Positions 11,301-20,000 of a DNA stretch of 20,000 nt are shown piece after piece (the stretch's first letter is position 1; the number at the start of each line of letters is the position of its first letter). Both the position numbers and the translations under genes were made by a program. Where the stretch lies: positions 31,649,849 to 31,669,848 of the forward strand of contig JBOZIK010000001.1 of the NCBI GenBank assembly GCA_051453625.1. The letters are read 5' to 3'. The notes beneath the pieces were generated by a model. That model searched no databases. It saw only the letters and a list, made by a program, of their open reading frames with translations, and had not been told where the DNA came from. This DNA comes from Welwitschia mirabilis (lineage: Eukaryota).

Positions 11301-12039
11301 TTAGAATGTGAAGTAAGATTTACTTAACTTGATTTTTTTAACCTCACAAAACTTAGCTTTGTAATTTGAATAGATTAAGATAAGTTGGAATGTTGAGCAA
11401 GATCCACTTAACTTAACCATACTAAGTTATACCCTATTTTTTATGTGTTTTAATGTGTATGTCTTTTTTTTCCTTTGTTTTTTAATACTTAACTTTTAGC
11501 TTTTGTAATTAGGATTTTAAAAATTAAAGTTACATTCATCCTAAACACATCACATTATTCATTGATAATAAATCTTAGTTAGTGATGGAACGAGGAAGTC
11601 TTATATAGATAGAGATTCATGTCAGTTTATGCTATTCTATGATCTTATTATATAATATTTAACTATCTTAACTATGAAGTTCGATCAATATAGAGAGTCA
11701 TGTATATTTTAAACAAAAACATCCTAGCCACCTGAGGTCTAGATTCCCATATACACCTTGGTAATCAAGGGTATATTTGATGAAGATTGAAAGCACAATA
11801 TTACAATCTACTTAAATTTCATTATCAAATTAATAAAAAGGCATAAATATAATTAGTTTTAAAATTTACTATGTCTAATGTATAAGTAGATAACCAACAT
11901 TACATGATATTCTCCCTTAAAGGGGGGCATATAGCCAAGGTAATCAAAACTAGTTGATAACCTAGATGCCTCATGGAGATAACTCACATTTTATTTTATT
12001 TTATTTTTTACTCCCTTAGAAGATAAGAATATCATTCTT

Positions 12040-12630
12040 GAAGAGGATATGATCACTACTTGGATTTAGGAATATAGATAAAATTAACCAATCTCAATAT
12101 TTTCATTACATTAATCAAATCTAGGCTCCTTCATAAAATTTACCTCATAGACATTAAGAAATTAGAAAAAATTAATCTTTTCCCTTTTCATGTATAGAAG
12201 ATTTTGATCTTTTGAAGGGTGTTCTTAGCTTTGTCATACTTTTTAGTTTGGATAAATTATTTGAATTATAGGAAGATTCCTTTTTATTATGATTATACCT
12301 ATTTGTTGTAATACTTATCTCACATTGTGACTTAGATAGATCACTTAAAACTATGGATGAGAGTAAGATCTATTTTTCCTATGACTATATCATTATCTTC
12401 ATTTTTTCTTATCTCCGTTTTGGGTTTTTAACAAAATTTCTTCATGTGATGGATAGATCACTTTTAATAGTGGATGTGAGTAAGATCCCTCTAAAATTTG
12501 ACTTTACCTCATACTTGTTAAACCTATTTTCTTTCTTCTTAGAATTTGTTATGACTTCAATGTTAAAAAAACAAGTTCTAGATCTTATAGGTAACTTCAT
12601 GCTAGTATTAAATACAAAAATCATGACCAA
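12040..12630 (-). mobile_element. Probable highly decayed LINE ORF2 apurinic-endonuclease domain (may extend left to ~11730)
   Basis: Minus-strand motifs occur in the expected order and roughly the expected spacing: IFVFNTS (cf. SWNxRG), RGILL (cf. GGILL), FVKNPN..K* (cf. VYAPN..LW), IVLSDL 12337-12354 (cf. IVLGDFN), FYT* 12188-12199 (cf. FTW), SLDL ~12116-12127 (cf. RLDR), SSDH 12049-12060. Confidence 0.55.
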
Positions 12631-12673
12631 TATTAAGGTGATTTTATATGATGATTAGCGTTGGAAGGAATGA

Positions 12674-12967
12674 AATAAAGACTTTATGGCTATTACAGTG
12701 TGTATTTGTGCACACTTTTATGTTTAAATAGATTTTATCATTAATAATTAAAATAGATATTATGCATAATNNNNNNNNNNNNNNNNNNNNNNNNNNNNNN
12801 NNNNNNNNNNNNNNNNNNNNNNNNNNNNNNNNNNNNNNNNNNNNNNNNNNNNNNNNNNNNNNNNNNNNNNAATAAAGACTTTATGGCTATTGCAGTGTGT
12901 ATTTGTACATACTTTTATGTTTAAATAGATTTTATCATTAATAATTAAAATAGATATTATACATAAT
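12674..12967. repeat. 97-bp near-identical direct repeat flanking a 100-N gap (12674-12770 vs 12871-12967)
   Basis: Four mismatches, all transitions. This is typical of overlapping contig ends from two alleles or two LTR copies. Confidence 0.9.
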
Positions 12968-13885
12968 ACATCACACTAGTATAATGGGAGTAACTCAAAA
13001 TGTCATATCTCATTGAAGTCTACAAGTATGAGACTCAAGTTGCTTTTGCGATTAAACTTAATAACTAGAAATAATAAATAATAATGCAAGAAAATAAAGT
13101 ACTATGCAAAGTGCAATACACAATCTAAACTAACATGTAATGCAAAATAATCCTAACCCTACTTGCTTTTTAGCCTTAATAAAGGCTACCCTTCATAATC
13201 TATATCACCCAAGAAATTGTCACCAAATCAAGGGAAACATTAGAATATAAGGGATATAATAAAACCTAACATGCAAATATGAAAATAAAACCAAGATTTA
13301 TATTAAAATGGTAATAAGTATTTTAGTTAAAATACAGCCGGGTCTCAATGGAAGATACTCAGCCCTCCACCAAGTACTTGTCTTTCTGCAATACTCAAGA
13401 TAGATCTCTCGCCCTTTTCTCTCCTATCACGAGAATATTTAGTGCATCGAATATGAGAAGAAGAATAAAAGAGGGACTTATTTACAGGAAAATACAATAA
13501 AAAAAGATAGATAGAAGGTGTATTGATGCATTTATGAATAACTCCAAAATGGACAAAATAGTTAAAGAATTTGTCAATGATAGTTACATGTCAATGTCAT
13601 CTAGGTTGTCATCTGAACAACATGAGGGATAATAGAACATTATAAAATATCTTTAAAAGTAATGACTTATTAGTCCACTTAAATAGTCATTGTCCTACCT
13701 GTCATGTGGATGAAGGAGGGGATGAAAGTCTTCTTTAATGGTTTTCTTAAGGAGAAACTTAACATTTTTGTCATAAAGGCTCTGTTCATTATAAAGTACC
13801 TTTAATGCATCAATTATGGATGAGAATTGCACTCTTCTGAGATTTCCTTTTGTATCTTCAAAATCTCAAAATTATATCTAAACCT
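12891..13885 (-). repeat. Probable LTR of an Athila-like element; right end lost in the gap
   Basis: Non-coding, begins with TG on the plus strand, and has a decayed minus-strand TATA (plus TATTTACAGG, ~13479) next to a purine-rich tract. It shares a palindromic motif (~13690) with the internal region at 15570 and 15673. Confidence 0.5.
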
Positions 13886-16353
13886 NNNNNNNNNNNNNNN
13901 NNNNNNNNNNNNNNNNNNNNNNNNNNNNNNNNNNNNNNNNNNNNNNNNNNNNNNNNNNNNNNNNNNNNNNNNNNNNNNNNNNNNNNNNNNNNNNNNNNNN
14001 NNNNNNNNNNNNNNNNNNNNNNNNNNNNNNNNNNNNNNNNNNNNNNNNNNNNNNNNNNNNNNNNNNNNNNNNNNNNNNNNNNNNNNNNNNNNNNNNNNNN
14101 NNNNNNNNNNNNNNNNNNNNNNNNNNNNNNNNNNNNNNNNNNNNNNNNNNNNNNNNNNNNNNNNNNNNNNNNNNNNNNNNNNNNNNNNNNNNNNNNNNNN
14201 NNNNNNNNNNNNNNNNNNNNNNNNNNNNNNNNNNNNNNNNNNNNNNNNNNNNNNNNNNNNNNNNNNNNNNNNNNNNNNNNNNNNNNNNNNNNNNNNNNNN
14301 NNNNNNNNNNNNNNNNNNNNNNNNNNNNNNNNNNNNNNNNNNNNNNNNNNNNNNNNNNNNNNNNNNNNNNNNNNNNNNNNNNNNNNNNNNNNNNNNNNNN
14401 NNNNNNNNNNNNNNNNNNNNNNNNNNNNNNNNNNNNNNNNNNNNNNNNNNNNNNNNNNNNNNNNNNNNNNNNNNNNNNNNNNNNNNNNNNNNNNNNNNNN
14501 NNNNNNNNNNNNNNNNNNNNNNNNNNNNNAAAACAAGAAGAATGGGCATAAGATAAATTAAACAAAATATAGCTAACCAATCTAATGTTTTGACTTAGGA
14601 AATTTCAATGAAAGTAATCATCACATCACTTAATGTGAAAATGCATGACTTGATGTATAAAAATTCCATTCAAGAAGGAGTGATTATGATGATGCTAGAG
14701 TAATATGCTTAAAACAATGAATGATTAGATCAAATAATTACTTAAAAATAAACTCTCCTACCATCATCTCAAAACAAATAGCTAAATATTAAGAAATAAA
14801 ATGATCATGTGGAAAGAATAAGATTTTAGAACACAATAATGCTTCTGATAACACCAGGAGCACCATTGATCCCATAGCCTCAAAGTTTAAATACAACTTC
14901 ATTATCCATGATTAGGGAAGTGCAACCACTATCAGATAAGTAAGGACTTGCAAATCATGGCTAACTGACCTCCCAGTGGAGTTCCCATAGCTACTATATT
15001 ACACTGCTAAAGGCTCCTCTTAAAAATATTTACCCTAGTGTAGTTACAGTAGGACATTATAGTTATCATACTTTTATGATAGCAAAAAAAGAAAACATCA
15101 TGGCCTTTATTTCACTTTGTATTTTCTTTTTGAAAATAAAACCAACATTTCACATGACCAAATACTCCAAAAGACAAAGGTGAAATTCATGAGATTAGAA
15201 CAGAAAAGAACACTTTTAAATAGTCTAAGATCTTTTCACCATTGAGAAAAACATTCATTTAATTGAAGTTTATGGATGTGTAAATATCTTAAGATTTCAG
15301 TGAATCCAATCTTACCACTAAAATGTCTAAGTCAAAAGACTAGTTATGAAAATAAATACATTAGTTAAGTTTGAAAGTTAATCAAGTAATGTCATAATAA
15401 TCTTTAAAAAAAAAAAGCTAAGAGAAAATTTAGACAATTTTTTCATGAAATTTCAAATTTTTTTCATTTACTTCTTGTAATTATTAAGCAGTCAAGTCAG
15501 AAATCCTAACAGAGTTATAAAAATGAATTTTCTTAAAATAACAGAAAGAAAAAATCAATTTTTTATTAACTGTCATCCTACTTTCATGCAGATGACAGAG
15601 AGGACAACATACAAAGGAAAAGAAACAGAACACAAAAAATTAACAAAAAAATTGGAAAACTATCACAAGGGACTATCATCCATCTTGTCATATGGATGAC
15701 ATAAGAGATGACCGATTATTTTTTTTAGAAAATAGAAAGTATAGACAAAAATAAAAACTACAAACAGAAAATGAAAACAAAGATCTCAAAAGAGAAAACT
15801 AAAAAGAAAAAAACAAGGTAAGTAAATTTTTATTCAAATTCTAAAGCTAAAAAAACACACTTATATTAAAAAGAAAGAAATAAAAACTAAGGATCTGCTT
15901 TGATCTTAAGATTTTTAGAGAAGTAAGGTCCAAACTAGAAATTCACTAATTAATAAAACATAAGAAATATGCAATTATTTCCAAGTAAAATCAATTGGAC
16001 AAAGAGAAGAGTAATGGATAACACTTTATGCTATCACATTAAAGCACAACATTTGAAAGTCAAAGGGGAGAGAAATGATAACTTTGGTAAAATATTTTCA
16101 TGAAAAGCAAAATTTTTATTTGGAATATCATAAAAAAATTACCTTCATGGCCATTGGAGATATTTTTCTCATCCAAATTTAATTTATGATTTTCAATTTT
16201 TGGCTTATGAATTTGACAATCTCCCTCATGATTTTTTTTGAAAAATTGGACTTCCTTACACTCAAAAGGTTTTTTTTCTTCTTCATTCTTAAGTTGATCA
16301 TCACAAAGTACATGTTCAATTGGTTTCATCTATCTTTTTTTAAGTGAGTGATG

Positions 16354-16835
16354 TTATAAAAATAAAGTAGGTTTAACATTATCTTTAATATTCATATCAT
16401 CATCACCTAAATATTTTTTAGCTACATCAAAGACTCTAATTATGAAAGTTCTATTTTCAAAATAACATTTTACAGTTCCTGCTCTTGTATCAATGATGCA
16501 ATGGGCTATTACACAAAAGGCTCTACCTCGAAGTAAAGGATATGCTATGTTATGCTTAACTTCTATGATAATCACATCAATGGGGTAGAAAGCTTCTTCA
16601 ATTTGTATTATCAAATTTTTGATGATGCCTAATGGTTTCCTAATTAATGTATCTGCTAATTCTAGAATAACTGAGATAGGCTTTATTCTATCCTCTAAAC
16701 CAAACCTCTTACAAATGTAAAGTGGCATAATATTAACACTCGCTCCAATGTTAATTAAATCTTTCCTTTTTTTTTTTATTTTCCTCTACAGTAACATTCA
16801 TCATGGCTGCTCCTAGATCTTTAAATTTTGGTATT
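16354..16835 (-). pseudogene. Aspartic protease remnant (catalytic Asp changed to Asn)
   Basis: PKFKDLGAAMM (cf. PKLKDPG), LINIGASVNIMPL (16720-16758, cf. LxDLGASVNLMP), then ORF 16354-16728 with LELADTLIRKPLGIIKNLIIQI..FYPIDVII..PLLRGRAFCVIAHCIIDTRAG. Confidence 0.92.
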
Positions 16836-18151
16836 TTTTTAATACTAAATTCATGAGGACTTGAGCTAGGAAGACTTTGATAGGGATGACTCATTTTTGT
16901 TTTCTTCTTATCAAGTCTTTTCATAGTTTTGCATACCCTAAATTTTCTTATAAAAATTTTCAAAAAGGAAGACTTATGCTCATATTCTTCATTAAGGCTT
17001 TAAGATGTTCGTAAGTCTTTTAAGCCAAGGGGTAGTTAGAATTTTCTTTTTCTTTTTTCCAAGATAAGGTAAGTTGTAATCATCTAAAATCTCAATGTGC
17101 TATTCCTCTTCTTCTTTATTACTACGGGAGGTGAAAGGTTCACATGGAGGATGGTTTATTTCTTATCCACTTCTTGTCACAATCTTACAATCTCTTCTTA
17201 GCTCATTTGGGTTGGGTAACGGTTGTGTAGGTAAAGCTCCTTGAGGTATTTGATTCGCTAGCAATGTTTTTTTAAAAAATGCTTTCTACATTAACATTTA
17301 TTTTTTTGAGCTCTTCTGTAAGGTTTGTGAGTTACTCATTTGGATTTTAAAAGTTTAATGAACTTGGTGGGTAGTTTGCATTTTAGAATCAGTTTTTAAA
17401 ATGTTGATGATTGTTTTGGAAATATGTGTTCAACCTAGTCTGTACCTAATTTTGGTTTTAAAAGTTTTGAAATGATTGATTAAAAGCAAAAAACTTCTTC
17501 ACAAATCCTTTCTTTATAAGTTGGCAAAAGAGGACAATTTTTAATGACATGATAGTTGTCTTCACATAAATCAAAGGTTTGTACAACATTTATTTTGATT
17601 GCATTTTTAGCATCTAAAATAATTTTTTTATACTTCTTCAAGGTTGTTGTAAAATCTCTCATAGGATTTGTAAGGTTGTCTTCTACCTCTTTTTATTGGT
17701 TCATCTATTTTAAGTCCTTGATGAGTTCACATATTAATTGATTTTCTTTAAGTGTTAATCATATTTTACTAAACTCTATAAGTCCTTCTAATTTTGTCCA
17801 TCCATCATCTAAAGTAAGGTTCATGAGTTTTCCTTCACAAGAAAAATCTACGAGTTGTTTTGTATGTGGAGTTAGCCCACTATAAAAGTAGTTTAGTTGT
17901 TCTACTTTTGAAAATGCATCTACTGAGTTAGAGTGGACAACTATAAGGAAACTCTCATATGTCAAGGCATAGTCTTCATTTAGATTTTTTTGAAAGTCTA
18001 TTACCTCCATTTTTCTTTTTCTTTCAGTTTCTTCACTCATGAATCTTTTCACAAAGGTAACCTGGACTTGATCCCATATTTTTAGGCTTTTGTGATGGAT
18101 AGTTTTTAGTCAAAGTTTTGTCCTACCTTTTAATGTCATGGAAAAGATCAC
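16836..18151 (-). pseudogene. gag remnant of the second family
   Basis: WDQVQVTFVKRF..YFYSGLTPHTKQLVDFSCEGKLMNLTLDDGWTKLE, a decayed CCHC-like FDLCEDNYHVIKNCP, and GALPTQPLPNP (~17208-17240). Confidence 0.88.
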
Positions 18152-18251
18152 NNNNNNNNNNNNNNNNNNNNNNNNNNNNNNNNNNNNNNNNNNNNNNNNN
18201 NNNNNNNNNNNNNNNNNNNNNNNNNNNNNNNNNNNNNNNNNNNNNNNNNNN

Positions 18252-20000
18252 AATAACTCTTTCTTTTTTTATTCTGATTAAATCTTTTCATAGTTTTGAG
18301 TACCTTGGATTTTCTTGTAAAACTTTTCAAAATGGTAAGTTTATGCTTATGTTTTTCATCAAGGATTTTTAAATGATCATTAAAAGTTAAATTGTTGTTA
18401 AGCCTATCAAGCAAAATGGTAGAAGAATTTTTCTTTTTATTATTGCCAAGAGAAGAAAAGTTGTAATCATTTAAAATCTCAATGTCCTCTTCCTATTCTT
18501 CTTCATTGTTTTGGGATGTTAAAGTTTCACATGGAGGAGGGTCTGTTTCTTATCCACTTATTGTTATAACCTTACAATCTCTTCTTAGTTCATTCGGGTT
18601 GGATAAAGGTTGTATAGCTAAAGCTCTTTGAGGTTTTTATTTTGTTAGCAATTTTTGTTGAGGACATTTACCAAGTTATCTATTTAGACATTTATTGCCT
18701 CTTGTGTTCTTTTCATTTCATACAAAGAGTTTGCAAGTTAATCATTTGAATGTTGAAAGTTGGATGAACTTGATTGGTAATATGTGTTTTTAAGTTAGTT
18801 TTTAAAAGGTTGATGATTGTTNNNNNNNNNNNNNNNNNNNNNNNNNNNNNNNNNNNNNNNNNNNNNNNNNNNNNNNNNNNNNNNNNNNNNNNNNNNNNNN
18901 NNNNNNNNNNNNNNNNNNNNNNNNNNNNNNNNNNNNNNNNNNNNNNNNNNNNNNNNNNNNNNNNNNNNNNNNNNNNNNNNNNNNNNNNNNNNNNNNNNNN
19001 NNNNNNNNNNNNNNNNNNNNNNNNNNNNNNNNNNNNNNNNNNNNNNNNNNNNNNNNNNNNNNNNNNNNNNNNNNNNNNNNNNNNNNNNNNNNNNNNNNNN
19101 NNNNNNNNNNNNNNNNNNNNNNNNNNNNNNNNNNNNNNNNNNNNNNNNNNNNNNNNNNNNNNNNNNNNNNNNNNNNNNNNNNNNNNNNNNNNNNNNNNNN
19201 NNNNNNNNNNNNNNNNNNNNNNNNNNNNNNNNNNNNNNNNNNNNNNNNNNNNNNNNNNNNNNNNNNNNNNNNNNNNNNNNNNNNNNNNTAAGTTAGTTTT
19301 TAAAAGGTTGATGATTGTTTTGGAAATTTGTTTTTAACTTAGGTTGTACCTGATTTTGATTTTAGAAGGTTTGAGATGATTGACTAAAAGAATAAAATTC
19401 TTCATGAATTTTCACTTTGTAAGTTGATAAAAGAGGATAATTTTTGATGACATGATAGTAGTCCTTACATAAATCACAAGTTGGCATAACATTTCTTTTG
19501 GTTACAGTTTTAGCACTTAAGATCATTTTTGCATACTTCTCCAAGGTTGTTATAAATTCCCTCATATAATTTATAGGGTTGTTTTCTACTTCTTTTTATT
19601 GCTTTATCTATTTTAATTCCTTAATGAGTTGGTCTATCATTTGATTTTTTTTAGGTGTTAACCAAGTTTTACTTACCTCCATAAGTTCTTCTAATTTTGT
19701 CCATGCATCTATTGTAAGGTTTATGAGGTTTTCACCATAAGAGACATCTACTATTTGTGTTGTGTGGGGAGTCAATCCACTATAAAAATGGTTTATTTTT
19801 TCTTATGATAAGAAAGCATCTGCTAGATTAGAGTGGATCGTTATAAAGAAAAGTTTATAAGTAGAGGCATAATCTTCATTTGGTTTTTGTTAAAAGTTTT
19901 TTTACCTTTTTTCTTCTTTTTCTTATAGTTTCCTTACTCATGAATCTTTTTACAAAGGTTTTTCAAACTTAATCCCATATTTTTAGGATTTTGTGGGATA
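18252..20000 (-). pseudogene. Paralogous gag copy of the second family, homologous to ~16875-18100
   Basis: Colinear nucleotide similarity of about 80% by eye. MREFITTLEKYAKMILSAK..CDLCKDYYHVIKNYPLL aligns with MRDFTTTLKKYKKIILDAK..FDLCEDNYHVIKNCPLL. Confidence 0.9.

Larger units (their letters stand above)
14530..18151 (-). mobile_element. Second Athila-like Ty3/gypsy family: gag-protease remnants followed by a long T-rich non-coding 3' region; no RT, RH or INT seen
   Basis: gag and PR motifs lie at 16354-18150. The interval 14530-16050 is non-coding with A-tracts on the plus strand. Confidence 0.8.
8183..19289. other. Five assembly gaps: 8183-8282, 12771-12870 and 18152-18251 (100 N each), 13886-14529 (644 N), 18822-19289 (468 N)
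   Basis: N runs read directly from the sequence. Confidence 0.99.

Noticed and set aside
11912..11930. CTCCCTTAAAGGGGGGCAT as a PPT or hairpin
   Set aside because: It is not followed by a TG-starting LTR-like sequence, it probably lies within the LINE fossil, and the stem is short.
13152..13162. Telomere-like CCTAACCCTA
   Set aside because: It is a single short occurrence with no array.
7514..17741. Short hydrophobic plus-strand ORFs (7514, 8967, 10633, 12353, 17556)
   Set aside because: They are antisense to decayed retroelement sequence, and their Phe/Leu/Ile richness simply reflects T-rich DNA.
13814..19337. Long ORFs in the track made mostly of X
   Set aside because: They are artefacts of translating N-gaps.
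1..20000. Fungal RIP or prokaryotic origin (CRISPR, defence system)
   Set aside because: The elements are plant-type (Athila-like gypsy, zf-RVT L1, plant tRNA-Asn-like PBS). There is no regularly spaced repeat-spacer array and no gene-dense region.

Overview
Very AT-rich, strongly CpG-depleted land-plant genomic DNA made almost entirely of dead retrotransposons and interrupted by five N-gaps. I find no intact protein-coding gene, RNA gene or CRISPR array. Left to right: (1) a decayed L1-type LINE on + (~500-3304) that lacks the RT catalytic core but keeps zf-RVT and a poly(A) end; (2) a decayed Athila-like Ty3/gypsy element on - with gag-PR-RT-RH-INT (~4040-9973), a tRNA-Asn-like PBS (10057-10073) and a ~917 bp 5' LTR (10077-10993); (3) a C-rich low-complexity flank; (4) a probable second LINE endonuclease fossil on - (~12040-12630); (5) a probable LTR, a 3' non-coding region and gag-protease of a second Athila-like family on - with no visible RT/RH/INT (~12690-18151); (6) a diverged paralogous gag copy of that family (18252-20000). 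Homologous sequence flanks four of the five gaps, so the window may be a scaffolding mosaic. I see no convincing novel biological system. The most interesting points are the extreme cytosine-deamination decay, the gag-PR-only element, the Asn PBS and a deaminated palindromic motif. All alignments and counts were done by eye.
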